A DNA stretch of 57,872 nucleotides, from positions 1 through 57,872 of the forward strand of contig DASUVR010000253.1 of assembly GCA_036378855.1 (NCBI GenBank). Direction: 5' to 3'. The notes under the pieces were generated by a model, which searched no databases, was not told where the DNA came from, and saw only the letters and a list, made by a program, of their open reading frames with translations. The translations under genes and the position numbers were made by a program. Below are positions 25,782 to 34,319 of this stretch, piece after piece. Every line of letters starts with the position of its first letter. Within the stretch, counting starts at the first letter, position 1. Source of the stretch: Gemmatimonadales bacterium. GTDB lineage: Bacteria > Gemmatimonadota > Gemmatimonadetes > Gemmatimonadales > GWC2-71-9.

Positions 25782-26042
25782 ATGGATTCAACGGCCCGGC
25801 AGGCCAGACTCAAACCCGAATTCGCCGAACTCTACCCCCCGCTCACCGCCGGGGTGTGGGAGCCTGCCGCCGAAATGGGTGCCCGCGTGCTGCTCTGGCA
25901 GTTGCAGCAGCGGGGCACCGAAGCATTGGGGACCCGCCTCCTGGATGAACGCCACTTCGAATTTCGGGGGGGCTGGCACCGGGGCCAGGAAACCGACCTG
26001 CGGACCCGCGTCTGCGACCCGGCTTTCAACGGTCCCTTCTAG
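25782..26042 (+). CDS. hypothetical small protein (86 aa)
   Basis: ATG at 25782 (MDSTARQARLKPEFAELYPPLTAGVWEPAAEMG...). GC3-rich codon usage. Its TAG and the convergent cls TAG share the palindrome CTAG (26039-26042). No family recognised. Confidence 0.45.
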   Translation: MDSTARQARLKPEFAELYPPLTAGVWEPAAEMGARVLLWQLQQRGTEALGTRLLDERHFEFRGGWHRGQETDLRTRVCDPAFNGPF

Positions 26043-27340
26043 TATTGCTCGATCAGGGCCTTGGCCAACCGCTCGAAGCCTCTTCGTAACAGCGATCGCC
26101 TTCTCCACTGCTCCAGCAGGATCTCACGGGAGCGGCCATAATCCTCGATGAGCCCTCTCTCCATCGATGCGGCAAATTCTTTGTCCGCGATCCCGAGCAC
26201 GTTCTCTTCATTGAGCTCCATGCTACGTTCGTCCATGTTGGCCGATCCCACGATCGACCAGGCGCTGTCGATCACCACTGTCTTCGCGTGCATCATCGCC
26301 GGCTGATACTCGAAGATCCGGACTCCACCCTCGAGCAGCTCCTGGTAGTAGCTCTGCCCCGCGGCCTGAACCGGTATCGCATCGGTATGGTTTCCCGGCA
26401 CCAACACCCGCACGTCCACTCCCTTTCGGGCCCGATCGATCACGGCTTTCCTGAGGCGCTTGTCCGGAATGAAGTAGGAGTTGCTGATCCAGAGCCGGTG
26501 GTGCGCGTTGATGAAGCTGAGCCAGAACAACAGGCGAATTGGCTGCATCGCGTCTGAAGGGGAGCTCACCACCGAAAGCCCGCAGGGACCGTCGCCCGGG
26601 GGCGCGTGAGGAAAGAAACGGGGACCAACCAGCACCTCACTGGTACAGTAGACCCAGTTTTCGGCAAAGGCCGATTGGATCCCCGCCACCATGGGGCCTG
26701 TAACCCGGGTCATGCTGTCCCGCCACTCGTGCTTGTTGGTCACATTTCCTTTCCACTTCTTGGATATTGCGGCGCCTCCGGTGAAGCCGATCCGACCATC
26801 GATGACTGTTGCGCGGCGGTGCTCCCGACGGTAGAGCCGCACCAGGTTTCTGAGGGCAAGAGGACGGAAGCGGACCACCTTTACTCCAGCGCGCTCGAGG
26901 TCATCCCGGAAACGCTTCTTGAGCTTGGATCCTCCAAAGCCATCGATCAGGAGACGCACCTCGACCCCATTTCTGGCTCGGTCCTTGAACGCGTCGATGA
27001 ACTGCTGGCCAATCTCGTCGGGCTCGAAGATATAGGTCTCGAAGTTGACCGTGTCCTTGGCCTCCCTGATGGCCTTGAGCATAGCCGGATAGAACCCATC
27101 GCCATTCTGAAGGAGCTGAACCTCACCTCCGCGAAATAGCGGAGAGTTGAGAAAGCCGGCGGTCCACTCTACAAACCGGTCGGAGCCGGGATCGGCTTCG
27201 AAGCCCATGGTGTAGTCGTCGCTGGGCCAGTCCGGAAAAAACAGGGCTCCCAGAACGCTCACGAAGGCAATGAGACCGATGATCATGAGGGCCCAGGCCC
27301 ACCAGGGCAGATCGGAACCGAAACCGAGCAACTCACTCAT
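26039..27340 (-). CDS. cls: cardiolipin synthase (PLD superfamily, two PLD domains)
   Basis: N-terminal TM (WWAWALMIIGLIAFVSVLGALFF). The first PLD motif reads HRRATVIDG (H-x-R, not H-x-K). The second is canonical, HAKTVVIDSAWSIVGSANMDERS. Confidence 0.88.
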   Translation of the reverse strand: MSELLGFGSDLPWWAWALMIIGLIAFVSVLGALFFPDWPSDDYTMGFEADPGSDRFVEWTAGFLNSPLFRGGEVQLLQNGDGFYPAMLKAIREAKDTVNFETYIFEPDEIGQQFIDAFKDRARNGVEVRLLIDGFGGSKLKKRFRDDLERAGVKVVRFRPLALRNLVRLYRREHRRATVIDGRIGFTGGAAISKKWKGNVTNKHEWRDSMTRVTGPMVAGIQSAFAENWVYCTSEVLVGPRFFPHAPPGDGPCGLSVVSSPSDAMQPIRLLFWLSFINAHHRLWISNSYFIPDKRLRKAVIDRARKGVDVRVLVPGNHTDAIPVQAAGQSYYQELLEGGVRIFEYQPAMMHAKTVVIDSAWSIVGSANMDERSMELNEENVLGIADKEFAASMERGLIEDYGRSREILLEQWRRRSLLRRGFERLAKALIEQY

Positions 27341-28307
27341 GTGCGGTGACCGTTGGGTGAAAGTCTATGCGGCCAAGCAGTGGATGATGATCGGAGCCGA
27401 ACACCCGAGGACCGCGGTCCTGCGGGTGCTCGTCCAGCCGATGGACCCGGGCATGCCGAATGAGTCCGGGACCATCCCGGACCAGAAGGTAGTCCAACAC
27501 CAGCCGGGGCAGGGCGTGGAAGGTATGGCGCCAGGACGGCATCGAAGGTGGGACCCCACAGGTGTATCCGGCGTCGGTGAGTGCCCGCCATGCCTTCTCG
27601 TACCGGCCCCTGCCCAGATTGAGATCGGCGCCGAGCACCACCGTGCCGTCGGGTATCGCACTGATCAGATGGCGAGCCTGACGCTCCCTGCCGCGGGTGC
27701 CCAGCCAGCGGTGTCCCGGAGGACCGCGAGGGTCGAGATGAGCGCTGACGACCCGGAGGTTCCGGCTCCCCAACGAAAGCGTAGAAGAGACCGCAACTCT
27801 GCGTTGCAGCACCAGCGGCAACTCGATCGCATGGGTGTCGACGAGCGGCAGCGTCGAGAGAATGGCGTTGCCCCGGTCACTCGGCAGCCCGCCATTTCTC
27901 ATGGAAGGCGCGTAGCGGAGATTCATTCCCTGAGCCCGAGCGGTTTCGACCACGTCCTCCTGGGGGCCCAGTTGCGCGGTCAAAACTCGTCCCGCCGGAC
28001 CCGAAGCGACTGGGGGAAGGCTGAGGTCGCTCCGATAGGCTTCCTGGACGAGCACCAGAAGCGGGAGATCCGGTTCTGCGCCGAGATGCACGAAATCTCC
28101 CTGTCGAACGCGGGAGATCACCGCCTGCAGCCTGCCTCGGCCAATCCACACATTCCAGCTGAGCACCAGCAGGCTCTCCGGTTCGCCTCCGGGCGGCTCC
28201 GCCAGATCCAGGGCAACCGGCGCGCCGACGTTTTGTCGCCAGGCCTCCAGTCTGAGCCGCTGGTCGGGGTGATGATGGATCAGCGTGAATTGGGATGGAA
28301 CCGCCAA
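27333..28307 (-). CDS. endonuclease/exonuclease/phosphatase (EEP) family protein
   Basis: LLVLSWNVW, VLVQEA, VVSAHLD, LGADLNL, FGSDHHPLLGRI form the EEP motif series. Its stop overlaps the cls start by 8 nt. Confidence 0.85.
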   Translation of the reverse strand: MAVPSQFTLIHHHPDQRLRLEAWRQNVGAPVALDLAEPPGGEPESLLVLSWNVWIGRGRLQAVISRVRQGDFVHLGAEPDLPLLVLVQEAYRSDLSLPPVASGPAGRVLTAQLGPQEDVVETARAQGMNLRYAPSMRNGGLPSDRGNAILSTLPLVDTHAIELPLVLQRRVAVSSTLSLGSRNLRVVSAHLDPRGPPGHRWLGTRGRERQARHLISAIPDGTVVLGADLNLGRGRYEKAWRALTDAGYTCGVPPSMPSWRHTFHALPRLVLDYLLVRDGPGLIRHARVHRLDEHPQDRGPRVFGSDHHPLLGRIDFHPTVTAHE

Positions 28308-28310
28308 TGT

Positions 28311-28607
28311 CTACCGCGCGACCTTGAGCCGGTTGTTGACCTCTCGAACACCGGTGACGGAGTTCACCAGGTCCTCTGCCAGCCATCTGGCATCGCGGCT
28401 GTCGATTGTTCCCGTGAGCGTCACTTCGCCGCTCTCGACGTGCAGCTCGACCTCGCTGGCGTCCAGATCCGGACTGTTGGTGAGCAACTCCCGGATTTCT
28501 TCGTAGATCTTGTCATCGGAGCGGCGCTGGAATTGCGAGCCCCTTCCGGCTTGCGAGCCACCCGGCTTTCGCCGCTCCGATCCACCGCGGCCATCTCCCC
28601 ACGCCAT
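28311..28607 (-). CDS. BON domain-containing protein (OsmY-like)
   Basis: DDKIYEEIRELLTNSPDLDASEVELHVESGEVTLTGTIDSRDARWLAEDLVNSVTGVREVNNRLKV is a single BON domain. Internal ATG chosen at 28607. Its stop lies 3 nt before the EEP gene start. Confidence 0.8.
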   Translation of the reverse strand: MAWGDGRGGSERRKPGGSQAGRGSQFQRRSDDKIYEEIRELLTNSPDLDASEVELHVESGEVTLTGTIDSRDARWLAEDLVNSVTGVREVNNRLKVAR

Positions 28608-28698
28608 CCGCAACTCTCCTTCGGCGGTCGAGACTATTATGCGTGTATGTTGTACCACTTCAAAGCCGTGGGACAGCCACTCTTCTGGAGTCGACCTG

Positions 28699-29256
28699 AT
28701 GAAGGCCACAGATATTCGTCGCGGACACGTCATTTACTTCGAAGGCCAACCCTGTCGGGTCATGGAATTCACTCATCGAACACCGGGAAACCTGCGAGCC
28801 TTCGTCCAGGCCCGCATGCGCAACTTGAATTCCGGCGCCACCTTTGAGCATCGCTTCAGCGCCACCGAATTTGTGGAAGAGGCCCGGCTCGACACCAGAC
28901 AGATGCAGGTCCTCTACCGCGACGCCGGCGGAGTACACGTCATGGACGCCGATAATTATGACCAGTTTACCCTGGATGAAGAAACGGTCGGAGATCAAGC
29001 CCAGTGGCTGGAGCCGGGGATGACCTTTCAGGCCGAGTGGCTGAGTGGCCGACCTATCGCAATCGAGCTGCCGGCAGTCGCTGAGCTGGAGGTGGTAGAA
29101 ACTGCGCCGGTAATGAAGACCGCGACCAAGACCGCCAGCACCAAGCCAGCACGCCTGAGCAATGGCGTCACGATCCAGGTCCCCGAGTTCATCAACGAGG
29201 GTGAACGGGTTCGGGTCAATCCCCGAGAGGGCATTTACCTCGAACGCGCGAAGTAG
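28699..29256 (+). CDS. efp: translation elongation factor P
   Basis: MKATDIRRGHVIYFEGQPCRVMEFTHRTPGNLRAFVQARMRNLNSG...VETAPVMKTATKTASTKPARLSNGVTIQVPEFINEGERVRVNPREGIYLERAK aligns without gaps to the E. coli EF-P N-domain. Internal ATG chosen at 28699. Confidence 0.92.
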   Translation: MKATDIRRGHVIYFEGQPCRVMEFTHRTPGNLRAFVQARMRNLNSGATFEHRFSATEFVEEARLDTRQMQVLYRDAGGVHVMDADNYDQFTLDEETVGDQAQWLEPGMTFQAEWLSGRPIAIELPAVAELEVVETAPVMKTATKTASTKPARLSNGVTIQVPEFINEGERVRVNPREGIYLERAK

Positions 29257-29296
29257 CGGGCGTCGGGCGTTATCACGAGTGACTAAATTGCCCGGC

Positions 29297-29863
29297 ATGG
29301 ATGCCATAGTAGCCATTACCTCCCGTACCTCAGTCCGCCGCTTCCTGGACCAGCCGGTTCCTCGACACTTGATCCAGCAGCTGCTCGACTGCGCGGTCAG
29401 AGCGCCCAATCACAAGCTGACGGAGCCGTGGCGGTTTGCCGTTCTCACCGGTGCCGCCAAGGACCGCTTCGCCGAGATCCGGGCGCGCCACCGGCTCAAG
29501 CGTTTCAGTGATCCTGCGGCCGCGGAGGCGCAGGCAGCGGCCGAAAAGGTGCGGCAGGATGCGCGAAGCACCCCAGCATATGTCGTGGAGATGGTTGCCG
29601 TGAGCCCGGACGAGATTACCCGGGAAGATGATTATGCAGCAGCAATGATGGCGATCGGCAATCTGATGACGGCCGCTCAATCGTTTGGGCTCGGCACCTA
29701 CCTCAGAACCGGCGGCGTGATGCGCGATCCAGCCTTGCTCGAGCTGGCCGCTGTGCCCGATGGTTTTCGGGTGGTGGGAATTATCTCCCTGGGCTACCCC
29801 GCTGAACCGGATCCGCCGCGGCGCCGGCGTTCGGCAGCGGAGTTGACTCAGTGGTTTGACTGA
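29297..29863 (+). CDS. nitroreductase family protein
   Basis: MDAIVAITSRTSVRRFLDQPVPRHLIQQLLDCAVRAPNHKLTEPWRFAVL...MMAIGNLMTAAQSFGLGT. Internal ATG chosen at 29297. Confidence 0.85.
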   Translation: MDAIVAITSRTSVRRFLDQPVPRHLIQQLLDCAVRAPNHKLTEPWRFAVLTGAAKDRFAEIRARHRLKRFSDPAAAEAQAAAEKVRQDARSTPAYVVEMVAVSPDEITREDDYAAAMMAIGNLMTAAQSFGLGTYLRTGGVMRDPALLELAAVPDGFRVVGIISLGYPAEPDPPRRRRSAAELTQWFD

Positions 29864-30591
29864 CCCAGCAGCCGCTCCATGGCCTGTGCGTCCCGGATGG
29901 CAAATCCTTCCCAATCGTTGTTGAAGTAGAGATAGACCTCCTTCCCGGCATCAGCGAGCGACCGAATCTGACCGCTCCAGCTCTTGAGCTCCTGACGGGT
30001 AAATCCTCCGGCTGGCTCCTGTCCCCGGTGCATCCGGATATAGGTGAAACTCGCAGTAGTGATGCGGTCCGGATGAAGCCCGCCGCCAACCGGGATGCAG
30101 AGGGCCACGCCATGCTCGGCCAGCAGTCGATAGGTGTCGGTGGTATGCCAGCTCGCATGCCGGAACTCTACCACCCACTGGCGCCCGGGATGGAGCAGCT
30201 GGAGGAACGCCCGGAGCCTCTGAAGATCGATCTGCTGGTTGGGCGGCAGCTGAAACAGCACCGGGCCCAGCTTTGGCCCCAGCAGCTCCGCCCGTTCCAT
30301 GAGGAGCGCGATTTCGTCGGCGACGTCCAGCAACCGCTTGATATGGGTGATGTAACGGCTCGCCTTGACGGCAAAGCGAAACCCCTCAGGGGTGACCTCC
30401 CGCCAGCGGAGAAACATCTCCGGGGTGGGCAACCGGTAAAACGGATTGTTCAGCTCCACGGTGGGAAAACGGGCCGCATAGTAGGCGAGCTCTTCCCGCT
30501 GTTTGAGCTTGGGGGGGTAGAACACGCCCTTCCGCCAGTGGCGGTAGACGTATCCCGAGGTTCCGATCCACACCTTTCCCGGGCCGGACAT
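29848..30591 (-). CDS. DUF72 (YecE/UPF0759) family protein, second copy
   Basis: VWIGTSGYVYRHWRKGVFYPPKLK..YYAARFPTVELNNPFYRLP..FRFAVKASRYITH..LFQLPP..EFRHASW. It is a diverged paralogue of 2405..3121. Confidence 0.9.
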   Translation of the reverse strand: MSGPGKVWIGTSGYVYRHWRKGVFYPPKLKQREELAYYAARFPTVELNNPFYRLPTPEMFLRWREVTPEGFRFAVKASRYITHIKRLLDVADEIALLMERAELLGPKLGPVLFQLPPNQQIDLQRLRAFLQLLHPGRQWVVEFRHASWHTTDTYRLLAEHGVALCIPVGGGLHPDRITTASFTYIRMHRGQEPAGGFTRQELKSWSGQIRSLADAGKEVYLYFNNDWEGFAIRDAQAMERLLGQSNH

Positions 30592-30799
30592 GTGACAATA
30601 TACCGTTGCAGCGGAGCGAGTTCGGAAGTAAAATTGCGAGCCCTCTCCCCTGAGGGGCGAAAACTGCCGGGGTGAGTCACGTCACTGCCCCAAAACCCGA
30701 GGGGTGACAGCCTTTGAGGGCTGGATGCCACAGGCCGGCCTGGCCGCGAAGGACGTGGGCCTAGGCCAGGACGACTTTTACATCTACTCGGAGGGACAG

Positions 30800-31030
30800 A
30801 TGAAGACCGTACTCACAGCACTGGCGCTGGTCGCCGGAATAGCCGCCTGCAATAAGGGCGGTACTGATTCGGCGCGAGTCGGGGAATCGGCCGACACCAT
30901 GGTCACTCCTCGGACCACGCAGGACACCACGATTGTGACCAGCGACACCACCGTGCGCTCGGACACCACCGTGAAGGAAGGCGAAGTGAAGCATGACGGG
31001 AACATGAAGCGGGACACCGCCAAGCACTAG
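30800..31030 (+). CDS. small Thr-rich repeat lipoprotein (76 aa)
   Basis: GGAGGG lies upstream of the ATG at 30800. MKTVLTALALVAGIAACNKGG (lipobox AAC). The mature part contains DTTIVTS/DTTVRS/DTTVKE tandem units. Confidence 0.65.
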   Translation: MKTVLTALALVAGIAACNKGGTDSARVGESADTMVTPRTTQDTTIVTSDTTVRSDTTVKEGEVKHDGNMKRDTAKH

Positions 31031-31054
31031 CCACGTCTCCGGGCGCGATGTTCT

Positions 31055-31843
31055 TTGGCAAGCCGCCCGCCGGCGCCGGGTAACCGGCGCCGGGCAGGTT
31101 CCCCCGCAGGCGCTGAAAGGCTTATCATTCCCCCCGTGTCCTCACACCCCCGCTCATGGCGCTCGGAGCAGATCCTGCTGTTTGGGCGCAATTTTCTTAA
31201 GCATCCCAAAATGCTCGGCAGCCTGATACCGAGCTCTCGTTTTCTGGTCAACCATGTGCTTTCGCAGGTGGACTGGAATCGCGCTCGGGTCTTCGTGGAG
31301 TACGGTCCGGGGGTGGGCACCTTCACTACCGAAATTCTGCGCCGGATGAGTCCGGACGCGGTTCTGGTTGTACTGGAGACCAACACGGACTTCGTGCAAT
31401 TCCTTCGTGCCAAGCTGCAGGATGACCGGCTACATGTCGTTCATGGCTCCGCGGCGGATGCTGCCGCGGTACTGGACCGGCTCCAGCTCAGCCGGGCCGA
31501 TTATGTGATCTCGGGTATTCCCTATACCACGATGCCGCCCGAGCTGCGAGAGTCGATTTTGCGCACCACCCATGCGGTGCTCGATCCGAACGGCGCCTTT
31601 CTGGTATATCAGTTTACCCGGGCCGTGCTCCCGCATCTGCAGCAGGTCTTCGGCTCGGTGTCTCAGGAGTTTGAGCCCCTCAACGTGATGCCGGCCCGGC
31701 TGTTTTATTGCCGACACCACGTTGATAGAAGCTCAGGCGATGGAAACGGCCGTCGGGCTAAGCGTTCCGGGCCACCGAGGTCTCTTCAGCCTTCGGCGCC
31801 TGATCCGACTGCGAATGCCAGACCTGCTCGATCGTCCGGCTGA
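31055..31843 (+). CDS. class I SAM-dependent methyltransferase (phospholipid N-methyltransferase/COG3963-like)
   Basis: FLKHPKMLGSLIPSSRFLV, motif I VFVEYGPGVGTFT, YVISGIPYTTMP. The start is uncertain (TTG 31055 or GTG 31136). The low-complexity C-terminal tail overlaps the convergent gene by 86 nt. Confidence 0.75.
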   Translation: MASRPPAPGNRRRAGSPAGAERLIIPPVSSHPRSWRSEQILLFGRNFLKHPKMLGSLIPSSRFLVNHVLSQVDWNRARVFVEYGPGVGTFTTEILRRMSPDAVLVVLETNTDFVQFLRAKLQDDRLHVVHGSAADAAAVLDRLQLSRADYVISGIPYTTMPPELRESILRTTHAVLDPNGAFLVYQFTRAVLPHLQQVFGSVSQEFEPLNVMPARLFYCRHHVDRSSGDGNGRRAKRSGPPRSLQPSAPDPTANARPARSSG

Positions 31844-32366
31844 TTTCGGGCAGCACATCCTCCCGGACCGGCAGACCATCTTCCCGAAGAAAGCGCACCA
31901 CCGCCCCAGGTATCACGTTGTGAAGCAGGGTCACCGCATGGGCGTAGTCGGAGAAGTGCTGCCGAGCCAGATCGGCTACCTCCTGCTCGCTCAGGGAGAG
32001 CGCGGTGGTGTGAAGCATGACGTAGCCTACCGTAGCCAGGCTGAACGCCGTGTAATCGTCGCGCAGGTTCTTGGCCAAACCCTCTTTTCTCACCAGATCG
32101 ACCGCAGCTGCCCCGAGGCCTAGCAGGCTCGAGCCGGCACGCTTGATCGCATCGGCTGCACCCTTGGCACCTCGCCGATCACTTAGCTCCTTGAGGTCGG
32201 AGATGTGCTGTTCGGTTTTCCGAAGCACCTGCCGGAGGTCACGGGTGACCTCAGGATAATCGGCCAAATCCTCCAATTGTCCGCTGACCGCCTTCTGGAT
32301 GTGCTCCTCCAGAGACAGCATATCCGTGATATAGCTGTTGATCGCTTCGTCCTTGTCACGCGCCAC
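31758..32366 (-). CDS. ferritin-like (DUF892/YciE-like) stress protein
   Basis: The GTG at 32366 is preceded by GGAGGT. VARDKDEAINSYITDMLSLEEHIQKAVSGQLEDL...TEQHISDLKEL... is an all-helical pattern like YciE/YciF-type ferritin-like proteins. Family assignment is moderate. Confidence 0.6.
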   Translation of the reverse strand: MARDKDEAINSYITDMLSLEEHIQKAVSGQLEDLADYPEVTRDLRQVLRKTEQHISDLKELSDRRGAKGAADAIKRAGSSLLGLGAAAVDLVRKEGLAKNLRDDYTAFSLATVGYVMLHTTALSLSEQEVADLARQHFSDYAHAVTLLHNVIPGAVVRFLREDGLPVREDVLPEISRTIEQVWHSQSDQAPKAEETSVARNA

Positions 32367-32384
32367 GTTAACCTCCAGAAGCAA

Positions 32385-32416
32385 GAATGCAGGTGAATTT
32401 GCGAGGGTGGTATAAT
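32385..32416 (+). promoter_or_regulatory. candidate sigma-70 extended -10 promoter for nfo
   Basis: TGGTATAAT (TG at 32408-32409, TATAAT at 32411-32416) with a weak -35 (TGCAGG) at 17-nt spacing. It lies 55 nt upstream of the nfo ATG, which has an AAGGAG SD. Confidence 0.5.
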
Positions 32417-32470
32417 GGGTCGGGCATAGCAGACTATCTGTGCCTACCATCACGTTAAGGAGCACGGGTA

Positions 32471-33355
32471 ATGAGGTATCTGGGCGCGCACACCGTCGCA
32501 AATGGAGGCATCAGCATGGCCGCGCTCCGGGCAGGAAGCGCGGATATGAAGGCGCTCCAGATCTTCACCGCGCCGCCCCAGTACTATGGGGACAAAGCCA
32601 CCATGAAGCCGGACCGTGTGCAGCGGTTCCGAGCGGCGCTCGACAGCGTTGGGATTGCCCCGGAGCAGGTAGTCGTCCATGCGGCGTACGTTCTCAACAC
32701 CGCTACTGAGGATCCGACCAAGTCGGCCAGAGCGCGGGCCGGGCTCACCAAGGAGCTGGAGCGCTCCACCGCACTGGGGGTGGGAGGAGTCTGCTTTCAT
32801 CCCGGTGCCGCCATCGGAGGAGACCGTTCGGCGGCGGCGTCGCGGGTTGCCGAGGCCATTACCCAGGCTTTGGAAACGGTAGCGGGGAAGACCCGGGTTC
32901 TGGTCGAGAACACGGCTGGAGCGGGCACCACGATCGGTCGGACGGCGGAGGAGATGGGCGCCATCCTTGCAGGCGTTCCTCAACGGCTCAAGCACCGCAC
33001 TGGCTACGGCCTGGATACCTGTCACCTGTTTTCCTCGGGACACGACATCACCCGGTCGGAGGAGGAGTTCCGGAAAACTCTCGACCGGTTCGAGCAAGCC
33101 GCCGGATGTCCCCCCTCGTTCTTCCATCTAAATGACAGTGAAGGAGCGTTGGGATCGAACAAGGACCGACATGTGCTTATCGGGCAGGGCAAGATTGGGA
33201 GTGAGGCGTTCCGGTGGCTCCTTCGGGACCAGCGGAGTGAAGGCATCCCTTTGATCCTGGAGACTCCACAGAAGCATTATGACATTCCCGATGACGATCC
33301 CTCCGCCGATCCGTTCGATCTCGCCATGATGAGCCTGCTCGCGTCGCTCATGTAA
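32471..33355 (+). CDS. nfo: deoxyribonuclease IV (endonuclease IV, AP endonuclease family 2)
   Basis: MRYLGAHTV..., VVHAAYVLN, GGVCFHPGAA, VLVENTAGAG, GYGLDTCHLFSSGHD, FHLNDSEGALGSNKDRHVLIGQGKIG are the Nfo metal-ligand motifs. Confidence 0.92.
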   Translation: MRYLGAHTVANGGISMAALRAGSADMKALQIFTAPPQYYGDKATMKPDRVQRFRAALDSVGIAPEQVVVHAAYVLNTATEDPTKSARARAGLTKELERSTALGVGGVCFHPGAAIGGDRSAAASRVAEAITQALETVAGKTRVLVENTAGAGTTIGRTAEEMGAILAGVPQRLKHRTGYGLDTCHLFSSGHDITRSEEEFRKTLDRFEQAAGCPPSFFHLNDSEGALGSNKDRHVLIGQGKIGSEAFRWLLRDQRSEGIPLILETPQKHYDIPDDDPSADPFDLAMMSLLASLM

Positions 33356-33606
33356 GCACCTGGCTGGCAGGTCGCCCGGCCCCAGGCCTTCCTGGCCGAC
33401 AGACAACATCCTACCTCTCGTGCCGCAAGCTCTTATCGTGCAAGCCTCCAGCCCTTCGACCCCTGCCTCGACAGCAGTGTGCACCACTTCTTGCGTAAAC
33501 CGGGCCCCTGCGCACGCTCAATCGCGAAAGGGACCGGATCATTTCTTACCTGTCGAGTGGCTCAGGTTGGACTCAGCTCAGGAAGCCCAGCCGGGCATTT
33601 CTGACC

Positions 33607-34272
33607 GTGCTGGCGGCGGCAGGGTTTGCCGGCGCTTTGCTGCTGACTCCAAATGTCGAGCTGGCCATGCCGTCAATTGCCGGCGGGATCTCGGCTCACC
33701 CGCTGATGCTCCGCCGCGCCGCCGGCGCGGCAAGCAGAGTTCCTATCGATAGCACCACGTGGGAACGGGAGGTCGTCGCCCGCTACGATCATCTGCCCCT
33801 GGCGCAGATCCTCAGCAACTCAGCCGATCCGGCCATGGCCAACCGGGTGGCCCGGGCCATCGTCAAGGAAGCGCGAGAGCTGCAGCTTTCGCCCAGCCTC
33901 CTCACCGGCGTACTGCTGACCGAGAATGCCCGGTTGGAACCGGAGACCGTGAGCAATCGGGGAGCCGTGGGACTAATGCAGGTGATGCGTTTCCATGCGG
34001 GGGTCTTCGACTGTGATTCCGACGACCTGCTCCAGGTCGAGGCAAACATCTGCCACGGCGCTCGCGTTTTTGCCAGCTATCTGAAGCGAACCAGAGATGT
34101 GCGCTCAGCGCTCCTGCGCTACAACGGATGCGTCAAGACCAGGTCAACTCCCAGCTGCCGTCGCTACCCGGGTAAGGTCCTTCGCCAGGCCGACCAGATC
34201 AGGCACCAGTTGCTGCTCTATTTGCCGCGGGAAAAACTCAGCAGCATCGAGACCTCGTCGCCGGCGCTGTAA
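33607..34272 (+). CDS. lytic transglycosylase domain-containing protein (SLT family)
   Basis: LLTGVLLTENARLEP (catalytic Glu), GAVGLMQVM, and a YNG-type motif (LLRYNGC). Signal-like N-terminus. GTG start. Confidence 0.82.
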   Translation: MLAAAGFAGALLLTPNVELAMPSIAGGISAHPLMLRRAAGAASRVPIDSTTWEREVVARYDHLPLAQILSNSADPAMANRVARAIVKEARELQLSPSLLTGVLLTENARLEPETVSNRGAVGLMQVMRFHAGVFDCDSDDLLQVEANICHGARVFASYLKRTRDVRSALLRYNGCVKTRSTPSCRRYPGKVLRQADQIRHQLLLYLPREKLSSIETSSPAL

Positions 34273-34291
34273 GTGTGAAGCGGGGTAAATC

Positions 34292-34315
34292 AAAACGGCC
34301 CCGAAGGGCCGTTTT
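34292..34315. terminator. bidirectional terminator hairpin between convergent SLT and YtxH genes
   Basis: AAAACGGCCC (34292-34301) / GGGCCGTTTT (34306-34315), loop CGAA. The A/T runs are built into the stem ends, so it can act in both directions. Confidence 0.7.
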
Positions 34316-34319
34316 ATTG

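Noticed and set aside
27270-28847. 525-aa plus-strand ORF spanning the region opposite the cls/EEP/BON genes. Similar long antisense ORFs occur at 130..867, 8316..9155, 17871..18695, 19874..20917, 41437..42654, 51466..52533 and 57010..57813.
   Set aside because: These are typical high-GC antisense artefacts. Their translations are Arg/Pro/Gly/Ala-rich with no recognisable motifs. The opposite strand encodes proteins with complete, ordered family motifs (HKD, EEP, BON, UvrD, AlaX, amidohydrolase, TBDR, FAH).
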